From the NCBI GenBank assembly GCA_951406725.2, contig OX597831.1, forward strand, positions 47,864,001 through 47,928,000: DNA of 64,000 nucleotides. Reading direction: 5' to 3'. The notes beneath the pieces are model-generated. The model worked only from the letters and a program-made list of their open reading frames with translations. It did not search any database and was not told the origin of the DNA. This DNA is from Octopus vulgaris. Lineage: Eukaryota. Position numbers and translations under genes: made by a program. Shown here piece after piece: positions 53,000 to 64,000 of the stretch (within the stretch, counting starts at the first letter, position 1; every line of letters begins with the position of its first letter).

Positions 53000-53560
53000 C
53001 CTCACTAGTGTTGGTGCCATGAAGAAAGTAACTCCCAGTACACACTGTAATATGACTGGCATTAAAGAAGTACATCCAGCTGTAGAAATCACATCAAAGA
53101 AGATATTGGAGCTTGGTGCAGCTCTGTGGCTCACCTGATCCTGTTAAACTGTCTGACTCATGCCAGCATGGAAAACAGGCATTAAAAGATGATGATGATG
53201 ATGATGATGACGATGATGATGATGATGAGGATGATGATGACGATGATGATGATGATGATGATGATGACAATGATGATGGCGATGGTGATGATGATGATGA
53301 TGATGACGACAACGATGACAATGATGATGAGGAGGAGGAGGATGACAACGATGACAATGATGATGATGGTGACGATGATAATGATGGTGATGATGATAAT
53401 GAAAATGATGATGATGACGATGAGGATAATGACGATGATGACGATGATGACGATGATGATGATAGTAATGATGAGGAGGATGATGATGATGATGATGGCG
53501 ATGGTGATGATGATGATGACGACGACAACGGTGACAATGATGATGATGATGATGATGATG
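53000..53560 (+). repeat. RTE-type 3' end with greatly expanded degenerate (GAT)n tail (53189-53560)
   Basis: ...catgccagcatggaaaacaggcattaaa followed directly by about 370 bp of GAT/GAC/AAT triplets. Confidence 0.85.
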
Positions 53561-53982
53561 CAGGCACTGCTGCCATAATTTTATTCTAGAAAAAGTTCTA
53601 CTTGCAGTTATTAGTCAACTTGAGTTTATGCTATTGTTGTATCTTATGATAGTTTCTTCATAAACGTATGATCAGATTACATCACTGAGGGGGTAAATAA
53701 AGTTTTGGGTATTTTTTATGATTATTTCTACTTAACCAAAAAATAAAGAAGAAAAAAGGGGAAAAATGCAGGAACAATAGTTTTAGAAATTTTAGTTGCT
53801 TTTATTTTTTCAAAGATTTCCTGTGTTATCTCAGAATATTTTATTGTTTCTTATATTTTGTGTCTTAGGAATTGGTTGAAAAGTGGATTTCAATGGCATT
53901 GAAGATGTGTTGCTAAAAATATGTAGTGTCTTCTAACAAGTCATCACACACACATACATGCACACACACACTCACATACACA

Positions 53983-54030
<48 letters not shown>

Positions 54031-54594
54031 CACACAACATATATATATATACCTGTATATACATATCTAAATTTAAATTTAAAATAATAAAGGTAAAAAA
54101 TTTAATATTAATTTGATTAATATCAATTTAAAACCAATTAGTCTAGCATATTGAAATCTGAAGATACAGAAAAATTTCATTACATACATATAAGATGGAT
54201 GACCACTACGTGGACATCCATTATGCTAGAAGTAGATCTTCTATGGTCTTACAACTAAGAAAGGAATGTTCTCAAGAAAATTTCTGGCGTTTGCTAAAAT
54301 TTTCTTGCCCTCAAATCGTGCCATATGAATGTGTATCTGTGTGTGTGTGTATGCAGGTCTAGATATCCTATGAGGGTCGTTAACAGGAAGGGCAATTGGC
54401 TGTAGAAAAATCTGCCTCAGCATGTAGCTCCTCCGACTCATGCGGGCATGGAAAAGTGGGCATTAAATAAATGAAAATGAGGATGACAATCTCAGATCAT
54501 AACTTCCCTCAATCAGGTCTGTTGTTGGTTGCATGGTAACTTTATTATTTTCAGTGAAGCATCATTGAGTTACTTAATACTAAATTCCTGATGG

Positions 54595-54812
54595 TTTCAA
54601 ATTTTGGCACAAGGCCAGCAATTTCGGGGTGTGGGAGTGGTAAATCAATTATATTGACCCCAGTGTTTAACTGGTACTTATTTTATCGACCCTGAAAGGA
54701 TAAATGGCAAATTCGAACTTGACAACATTTTTTACTCAGAATGTAAAGACGAATGAAATACTTCAAGGCACTTTGCCCGGCATGCCAGCAACTCTCCCAG
54801 CTCACCGCCTTT
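54595..54812 (-). mobile_element. SINE family B
   Basis: Consensus match. Confidence 0.82.
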
Positions 54813-55283
54813 AATACACAATGAAGATATCTTTGTTGTTTGATCTCAAGGTCAACCTTGACCAGTAGCCCTTTCATGTAAGACATTCCAACGATAGCCA
54901 TACTGTCATTTTGTATATGAAAGACTTCCATTGTCTGATGTGGCAGTTATTTAAAATGAACATGACATGATTTGAGGGCAATTTGGCTGCTATTTGTTGC
55001 AGGTCATGTGACACATAAAGACATCGTCATACAGCGATTGTTTGGATTTTATTATAAGATTTTCTATAGAATAATTCTGACAGGAATATTAAATAGATTG
55101 TTCGTATTCTTTTTTAGAACAGAGTTAATATTATGGCAGCGTTTATATTAATTCTTTACAATTCAGAATTTCTCTGTTATTGACTAGTCATCTCGCTTTG
55201 GTTGTCAAAACTGAGTGACAATGTGGGAAACTTTGAAAGATTATTTGATAAATTTAAATTTTACCCAATATATGGTTTCAGCT

Positions 55284-55317
<34 letters not shown>

Positions 55318-55790
55318 CTGCTTGTGGTGGAGATGTTTACTTCTCAATAACACAGTTTTGGGTTCAATCCTAATGTGTGACACCTTGGACAGCTCTCTTT
55401 TAGTATGACCCCAAGCTAAATAAAGCATTGTCTGTGTATTTAGTTGGTGGCTACTGAAAAAAGACTGTCATGTGCATATATGTATATATGAATGTATGTA
55501 TCGTTGTGTATGTGCATATGTGTGTTTGAGAAGTTTGCTTCCCTACCATGCAGTTCTAGGTTCAGTCCCACTGCACGGCACTTTACACAGAACAGAAATG
55601 ATGTCAAGAATTAAAGGGCTTGAAGAAAAGTATAACAAATCCAACATCTGTTTCTGGGGGCTCAGTGGTCCAAAATAACGTTTGTAGATTGATTTCGTCA
55701 TTGGATAAAATGAGCCTCCATCTTCAGGGAAGAGATTTTACATTTGAGATATTGAAAGATAGAAGTTCAAAGATGTATGTATGTATGAAA

Positions 55791-55823
<33 letters not shown>

Positions 55824-57214
55824 AAATTATAAACATTTTAAACATCTATGACCATAGCTTTTATTTTGATATTTTTCAAAAATCCTTATCAGACTAGACA
55901 AATTATTCACACTGACTTAATGGTGTTCTTTTGGTTCTAAATTATATCAAAGATAAAAGTTTTTCTTAAATATGGAAATTTTAGTATAAACAATCTATAT
56001 CTCGAGCAATTTAAGAAAGAAACTATTCCAATTAATGACATTTCAAAGAAAATATTTTTCTCTGTATCATTACAAGGCAATGTTAAAAAGAAAAACCCCA
56101 AAAAACATAAAAAATATTGTCTTGAAATTCAATTTTCCTTAGAAATTATTGATCTCTTGGATTGCGTATTGATTTCTTTATCTTTTGCTCTGTATCTTTC
56201 TAAGTTTACAAGTGATTTTAAAAAAATTTATTTCTTAAAAAATGTAAATCAGAATCAGTATATTTATCTTTTACTGTTTTATTTTTCAAAATAAAACAGA
56301 TTACAATGTCTTCTTTCCAACAACCAAAATTTGAACTAGATTCAACAAGTTGATTGTAGGATTGGAAACTTCAGACTGTTGTAGGTTTTTTTTTAACCCC
56401 AGATCAGTGCTGACTGAGCAGAGGTATAATTATAAACATTTCAACCATTTTTTTTCCTGTTATAATATGGGATCCCAAGGTCCCATATTCTAATAAGTCA
56501 TTTCTAAGACACTAGCATGATTTGAGGGAAATTCTGTTGTTGTTTTGAGCAAGTCAAAGGGCCAAATAGATGCTGACTTCTTGTGGTACAATCATGTATC
56601 AAGAACATATAAATCTAAATGAAGATGTTTTGTATGTTTATAGAGAATTATTGAAGATTAGCTTGAGTAGTAGTTCTCTCATATATGGGGTGGGTCTATG
56701 TGGGGGCAAAAAATAGTCATCATTATCAGTTAACATCCTCTTTTCCATGCTTGCATAGGTCAGACGAAAATTTTTTGAGTCATATTTTTTCCAGCTGGAG
56801 GCCTTTTCTGTCACTAGTCCTCACCTGTTCTCAAGTAGGGTAATATTTTCCCTGTGGTTAGACATGTTTTTCATGGAAGACATAAAACAAACAACATTGC
56901 TTGTATGATGACAATGATGATGATGATGAGGAGGAGGAGGAGGAGGAAGAGGAGGAGGAGAGAAATTGATTTTTATTTACAAACATCATGTGATCTCAAG
57001 ACAAGGGTAGATGCACACACACACACACACATGCACATGTGTGCAATGTACTTCTTTCAGTTTCTGTCTATCAAATTCACTCACAAATTCTTTGGTCAGC
57101 CTGGGGCCCGTAGTAAAAGATACTTGCCCAAGGTACTGTGCAACGGGATTGATCTCAAGAACACATAGTTGGGAAGCAAGCGTCTTAACCCACACAACTA
57201 GGCCTGTATGTATG

Positions 57215-57350
<136 letters not shown>

Positions 57351-59374
57351 CGTATATTCACACATGCAGGTATGGTTGCATGATTAGATATAGTGATAAT
57401 GTATGGTTATTCAACTATAAAATTTCAGGCTTGATCCCTCCTGGACATGTTTTCTACTATAGCTTTTGGCCAAACAATGACATATAGGTGGAATTAGTAA
57501 GCAGAAACTTGTAGTTGTGTGTGTACATGTGCATATCTGTGTTTCAGTATGTGTTCATAGATATTGATTTTGCTTCTTCGTATATAACAATATTTGATGG
57601 AAAAACAGTGACATCATTTATGTTTTGCAGTAAACAAATGCCATGTAATTCAGTGGATGTGTGAACACCAGTGGAATGAAAATTTCCTTGTGTAAAACAA
57701 TAGAGAGTTGGAGACAGGAAGAGCATCCAACCAGAGAAACACTGCCTCAATAGGTTTTGTCTAACATATGCTGGTGTAGAAATTCCCTATAAAAATGATG
57801 ATATATAACAAGCTTCTCTGCTGAGTTTCTGTTGAATGACTTCTTTTCTCAAGGAATCGGCCAATGTGACTCTATGGGTAAGGTCACAAGCTGACAGAAC
57901 TGTCACCATGCCAATCAAAATGCTTAGCGGTGTTTTATCTGTCTTCATGCTCTTTCTTCAAATTCTGTTGTGGATGACTTTGCCTTTCATCCTTTTGGGA
58001 TTGGTAATATAAACACCAGTTGAGCACTGGGCTTGATGTAACCAATGTTCAACTTTTACTGAAATTGCTGGCCTTTTGCCAAAATTTGAAGCCAATATGA
58101 CTCAGTGGTTAAAGCAACTTGCCCGAGGTACTGTACAGGGCATGAAACTCAAGACCATGTTATTGTAAAGCAATCTTCTTAACCATGTATCTGTACCTGC
58201 ACTCATTGTCCAATCTATTTTTAAGACAATAAGACTGTAATTTCAAGGATAACTGGCTGTTATTTCTTGCATCTCAAGTGACTGCAGGGAGAGTCCTGAC
58301 AGCAATGTTGCTAAAAGCAGCACTATAAAACTTGTAGGATGGCTTTGAAAATATGAGTTCAAGAAGTAAGAGAAAATTCTACAGAGTGTGGAATAAAATA
58401 CTTAAAAGTGACTTAATTGAGTTGGGTTAGCACCAGCAATAATCACTCATTAATGTATTAAGCTAATTAGGTAATAAAGTGCGACTAACTATGTCATCTA
58501 TACGTTACAATAACTCTCTTATATATGAGACAGCATAATTACAACATTAAGCTTGTTTGTTGTAATTTACTTTATGTGTTGTTTATTTAATTAGTTGTGA
58601 TAAATGTATTAGTCTAATAGATAACTTAAGCTAATTACCTTTCTTAACCACACTATGTATAAGTAACTCAGAGACGCCATCCTCATGAAAAGCAATAGTT
58701 AAATTAACGTTAATACATTTAATGTGGAGAGCTTTAAAAAGCTGACTAAAATTAATTACGTGGTGATAGAGTATAAAAACAATATTTATTATTGACTAAT
58801 TATTTTAATTATTTTGGCAAGTACAGACATAATTGATTATAAAATTAACAACATTAAATCTATATTTCATGAGGATCATAAATATCGATTAAAGTTGAAT
58901 TAAGACCATTTTAATAATTTTTTTTTTTTTTTTAAGAGCTTAATAGGCAATGAAGGAAAAATTTGAAGTATAAATGTAAAGCACAATATTCATTGTGATA
59001 GATAAGGTAGCTATTAAAAGTGGTGAATTGACAGAACCATTAGAGAGTCAAATCAAATCAAATGTTTTGCAGGATTTTGTTTTAGCCCCCTGTATTCTGG
59101 GTTCAAATCCCACCAAGGTCAATTTTTCCTTTTTATTCATTTGAGGGCAATAAATAAAACAATGGCCCAGGGTGGGGGAATTAAGGGTATTGTTAGAGTA
59201 TTAGACACTTTACATTATCTGCTTGGAATTTTTCATGTTCTGAGTTCAAATTCCACTTCTTATCATCAGGCCCTTCATGGAACGAAATGGGGTCTTTGAG
59301 ATCCAGCTAATAGTGATAGAACTCTATCATTAGGCGTAGTGATGTGTCAATTGGGGCAACAATTTGATTACCCC

Positions 59375-59490
59375 CAAAAGGATGAAAGTCAAAGTTGACC
59401 TCGGTGGAATTTGAAATCAGAACATAAAGGCAGACGAAATACCATGAAGCATTTTGCCTGGGTTGCTAATGATTTTGCCAGCTTGCCACT

Positions 59491-59549
<59 letters not shown>

Positions 59550-59767
59550 TCTTTCTACTGGAGGCACAAGGCCTCAAATTTGTTGGGTGCAGACTAGTCA
59601 ATTAGATTGACCCCAGTGTTTCACTCGTACTTAAGCCATCGACCATGAAGGGATGAAAGGCAAAGTTGGCCTCAGCAGAATTTGAACACAGCATGTAGCA
59701 ACAGGCAAAATACTGTTAAGCATTTCTTTCAGCATGCTAACGATTCTGCCAGCTCACCACCTTAATG

Positions 59768-59807
<40 letters not shown>

Positions 59808-59834
59808 TAATAATAATAATAATAATAATAATGA

Positions 59835-59865
<31 letters not shown>

Positions 59866-60545
59866 AAGAAGAAGAAGAATATTGATAATAATATTAGCAA
59901 CAACAGTAAGAATTTCTCATAAGGCCAGAAATTTTGAGAGCAAAGTGTTACTAATACTTGACTGGTACTGTATTTCATTGACTCTGGAGGGATGGAAGGC
60001 ACAAAGTTGACTTCAGCGGGATTTGAACTCAGAATGTAAAGAGCCAGAAGAAATGTCCTGGAGTATTTTGTCTGATGTTCAAATGACTCTGCCAACTGAT
60101 TGCCCTAGTGGTTTCTGATTACCCTAATGGTTTCTGATTTCTTTATCGACTAACTCCCACCTCTTCAAAATTACTGGGTACAAGTCCAGTAATTATGATG
60201 GGAGAGAGTTAGTTGATACTATAAACTCTAGTACTTAACTGATGTTTTATGTTATCAAGGACAAGGACAATCAAGGACAAAAGGCCAAGTTGGCCTCAGC
60301 TGGATTTTAACTCAGAGTGTTAAGAGCTGGAACAAATACCCAAAAGTATTTTTCTGATACTCTAATGATTCTTTTGATAAACTGCCTTTAAATAAGTTTT
60401 TTCTGATTTAGGTACAACGCCAGCAATTATAGGGAGAGGGTTTAGATGATGTAATCAAATTCAGTATTTGGTTACTACTTTGTTATATTGACCAAGGTAG
60501 GATGAAGGGCAAATCTGATCTTGGTTGGATTTGAATTCAGAATGG
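59375..60545 (-). mobile_element. Tandem cluster of about five co-oriented SINE family B copies, partly separated by (AAT)n/(AAG)n
   Basis: Repeated ggatgaa.g.caaagttg.cctc..ggaatttgaa.tcag units of increasing divergence. Confidence 0.82.
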
Positions 60546-60569
60546 ATGTAAAAATGTATATATAACAGC

Positions 60570-60855
60570 ATTTCCTTTACTTGTTTCAAACATTTCACTG
60601 CGGCCATCCTGGAGCACCACCTTAAAGGGATTTTTAGTCAAAGAAATGAACCCCAGGACTTATTCTTTGTAAGCCTAGTATATATATATATTTATACATA
60701 TATGGGCTTCATTCAGTTTCTGTCTACTAGATCCACTCACAAGGCTTTGGTCACCCTAAGGCTATAGTAGAAGATACTTGCCCAAGGTGCAATGTAGTGG
60801 GACTGAACCTGGAACCATGTGGTTGGGAAGCAAGCATCTTACCACACAACCACGC
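60570..60855 (-). mobile_element. SINE family A with internal deletion
   Basis: Head and tail present; the middle segment is missing next to the (TA)n. Confidence 0.85.
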
Positions 60856-61408
60856 TTGTGTCTTGTATATTTAATAGCTATAACAACTTAACTATGACGC
60901 AATTATTTTAATCCTCAACAAGCAATCTCAAGTAAGATAATTTACAAAATAAGTCTGTTAAGAACAATAACTATATCATAACATATTTATATTTAGAAAT
61001 AAAATTCACCATTATGCTATGGTTTATCAGATCTGCTTGAAATAGCGATCAAGTCTCCCTGAAATCACTTCTTGCCAAATTAAAAATTGAAGGCTCATGT
61101 TGTCTGGAGCATATTATCTTTAAAATTTAGGAGGGATATTCATGGATCGACATGAAAGAAGGGAAGAAGCTGGGAGTAAAAACAAAGAATAGAAGGGGAA
61201 ATTTCAGTGCATTTCTTTTCTATTTGACATGTTGTAATCTAATGAGCAAAATGGAAATTATTAGTAAAGATTAATGGGAGCCCTAGGTCAGATCTGATTG
61301 AGCAAATATGTTCCTGCCATGACCAACCCTTCCATATAAATATTCAGGGGTTAAACAGTAAATAAGGGAGCAAATAGGATACAACAATTATTGTGGAACC
61401 TCTGTATG

Positions 61409-61527
61409 GCTTATGGCCATATCACATTGAAAGCACCGGTTCTCGTCTGACCACCGAAGTTAAGCAACATTGAGCCTAGTTAGTACTTAGATGGGTGACC
61501 GCTTGGGAAACCTAAGTGCTGTAGGCA
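61409..61527 (+). pseudogene. 5S rRNA: 5S rRNA pseudogene (full length, 119 nt)
   Basis: gcttatggccatatcacattgaaagcaccggttctcgtctgaccaccgaagttaagcaacattgagcctagttagtacttagatgggtgaccgcttgggaaacctaagtgctgtaggca is collinear with mollusc 5S; CpG-type substitutions, isolated copy, no oligo-T terminator. Confidence 0.92.
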
Positions 61528-61538
61528 TCACATATTTA

Positions 61539-61694
61539 GGTGCAGGAGTGGCTGTGTGGTAAGTAGCTTGCTTACAAACCACATGATTCCATGTGGCACC
61601 TTGGACAAGTGTCTTCTACTATAGCCTCAGGTCAACCAAAGCCTTGTGAGTGGATTTGGTAGATGGAAACTGAAAGAAGCCCATTGTATATATG

Positions 61695-61729
<35 letters not shown>

Positions 61730-62107
61730 ATATGTTTGTGTGTCTGTTTGTCCCCCCAACATTGCTTGACAACCGATGCGTTTACATCCCTGTAACTCTG
61801 TGGTTTGGCAAAAGAGACTGATAGAATAAGTACTAGGCTAACAAAGAATAAATCCTGGGGTCGATTTGTTCGACTAAAGTCGAGTAAAAACCTACAGAAT
61901 TGGTCCCTAGAGCAGTGGAAGAATGTTATTTTCTCGGACAAGTCATCCTTTACCTTATTTCTGACCACTGGTTGAGTATACATGTGGAGACAGCCAAAAG
62001 AAACATTTGACCCAGACAGTCTTCTTCCAACTGTTAAACATGGAGGAGGATCCAGCATGGCCATGGTCAAATGACTAAGATAAGTAAAAGAGTAAAGAGT
62101 AAAGAGT
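61539..62107 (+). mobile_element. SINE family A interrupted by a Tc1 fragment
   Basis: Consensus up to cgactaaag (61879), resumes at tccagcatggcc (62051). Confidence 0.9.
61880..62053 (+). pseudogene. Internal Tc1-family transposase fragment without TIRs
   Basis: SKNLQNWSLEQWKNVIFSDKSSFTLFLTTG*VYMWRQPKETFDPDSLLPTVKHGGGS, i.e. the W..V.FSDES.F and PTVKHGGGS Tc1 motifs. Confidence 0.9.
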
Positions 62108-62719
62108 ATATAAAGAAACAAACCTGGTATTTGATATTAGTAATGGAATCGCATAGACTGTTGTTTTACACACACTAATAGAAATTTTTATTGCACACTT
62201 GTTTTAGATCTTTGTTAATTGATGCAAAGCTAAAAGACTTGTCAGAGAGTAACGAATATGTTTTATCGGCTAAATAAAGCACCAGACTGAAATTCATGTA
62301 AGACATAAACAATTTATATAAATTTAAAACAAATATATTCAAGACTCTACATTTGATGTTCTCTTTCATGTATTGACTTACAACCAGATATAGAGCATGA
62401 GATGGAAGTGCATTGGGTGTGGATGGAAGAGGAGAATGTAATCCAAGAACTGGAAAGTTCACAAAAAGCAGAATAATTTAGCTTTCCATGTAAATTTTGG
62501 TGACAAATGTACTGAATGATTTCTGTAGCTATTTGAAAATGCTACATGTGAAAAACCATTGAATGTGGGAGCGGAGGTGCTTGAATTCTATTTGTGACAT
62601 AATATTTTTGCAAGAAACCAACAACTGGGTTTCTAGGTGGACATCTGGCCTGTTTGTCATAGCACTCAAGTTCCATCAAATCACATTGAATGATGTAGCC
62701 GTAGATAACCTCTAGTGAT

Positions 62720-63110
62720 GACACGTGGCTCAGTGGTTAAAGCATCGGGCTCACAATCATGAGGTAGTGAGTTTGATTCCTGGACTGAGCCATGTGTTGT
62801 GTCCTTGAGCCAGACACTTTATTTCACTTTGCTCCAGTTCACTCGGCTGTAAAAAAAAAAATTGCAACATCACTGGTGTCAAACTGTATAAGCTTTTGCC
62901 TTTCCCTTGGATAACATCAGTGGTGTGGAGAGGAGAGGCTGGTATGCATGGGCGACTGCTGGTCTTCTTTCAATTTCCCCAGCCAGATTCACTCACAAGG
63001 CTTTGGTCAGCCTGGGGCTATAGCAAAAGACACTTGCTCAAGGTGCCACACAGTGAGACTGAACCCAGAAACATGTGGTTGGAAAGCAAGCTTCTTACCA
63101 CACAGCCACA
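62720..63110. mobile_element. Family C 5' part (+) fused to family A 5' part (-)
   Basis: C sequence ends at ggtcttc (62967); continues ttctttcaatttcc..ttcactcacaaggctttggtc..gcttcttaccacacagcca. Confidence 0.8.
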
Positions 63111-64000
63111 CCTTTACAAATTATTTCCATTTTGCTCATTAGATTACTACATGTCAAATAGAATGGAAAAATTGTAAGGAAATACAGATTTGTATTTGTA
63201 TGAATTGCACTGAAATTTCCCCTTCCTTTCCCTGCATCTACCCCCACCTTTCTTTCATTCATGTGAAATCACATTTTAACATGCTTAAATAGAGCATGTC
63301 TGTCTATCTTTAGCCAGTCTCTTTTTAGCTCATTCATTTCTATTTAAATATTTGATTTACCGCTTGTACATTTGCATTGACTTCCCACCGTCGACATTTA
63401 CAGTCCGTATTTTACTACCAACTCCTATTTCAACACCAAAAACTGCAAAAAAAAAAAAGAAAAAAAAAACGCCAAAATTTCACCACCCTTATTTTTTCAT
63501 TTATTTTATTTATTCTTTGTCTGGTAACATGTTTCTAGTGGACCAATCATTAGTTCATTACATTTCTGATGGTGAGAATGAGAAGAGATCCAATGCAACA
63601 CATTTCAAAAGAGTTCTTTGTTATTGCAAAAGACTTTGTTTGAAAAACGCAGGATTATTGCTAATGTTTACATTTTCCAATGATATTTAAGTTTTTCACT
63701 GATGTTTGCATCTTGTAATGTTATGAATTGATAAAAGTCATGCATGCACACATACACATATACACACATACATACCTACACATACATATACACACTTGTA
63801 TACACACACAGGCACACACCTTCAAACACACATACAAAGACATATTTACTCGTACACACACACATACATATGGTTAGGTGGTCAATAATTTTGCTTTCTA
63901 ATCATGTGGTCATAGGTTCAGTTCTACTCCAAGGCACTTTGGCCTTCTACTATAACCCTGGACTGATCAAAACCTTCTAAGTGCATTTGGTAGACAGAAA

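Noticed and set aside
53113-53589. 158 aa Asp-rich ORF resembling shell-matrix acidic proteins
   Set aside because: N-terminus is RTE 3' UTR sequence and the tract is its expanded (GAT)n tail; non-ATG start, no signal peptide
61409-61527. Functional 5S rRNA gene
   Set aside because: Single dispersed copy, several stem-disrupting CpG-type changes, altered internal control region, no oligo-T terminator
62542-62724. 60 aa minus-strand ORF in unique sequence
   Set aside because: Non-ATG start at a SINE junction, no recognisable motif or splice signals

Overview
AT-rich, repeat-dense eukaryotic non-coding DNA, most likely from an octopod cephalopod (Octopus-type). This is inferred from the mollusc-type 5S sequence, the SINE repertoire and the very high microsatellite load. 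I cannot identify any intact host protein-coding gene; almost all ORFs in the track are microsatellite or SINE artefacts. Supported content: (i) three abundant tRNA-headed SINE families (called A, B, C here), often nested inside one another; (ii) a decayed RTE-clade LINE 3' end whose tail matches many short dispersed copies; (iii) relics of a HERO-like RLE retrotransposon, Penelope-like elements (GIY-YIG C-terminus, degenerate hammerhead-ribozyme-like motifs, fold-back copies), a mariner transposase, a Tc1 transposase fragment, and piggyBac, Tc1 and hAT MITEs; (iv) a full-length 5S rRNA pseudogene. The most unusual structure is a 5S pseudogene abutting a SINE that has captured an internal, TIR-less Tc1 transposase fragment (61409-62107). 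Also notable are a triple Russian-doll SINE nest at (TA)n, seven fold-back hairpins, several hammerhead-like cores and a ~250 bp inverted duplication 3 kb apart. CpG decay in the relics hints that the window lies in a methylated intron. A few candidate exons are noted at low confidence. I found no convincing evidence of a new functional system. Family names come from motif recognition by eye and were not database-verified.
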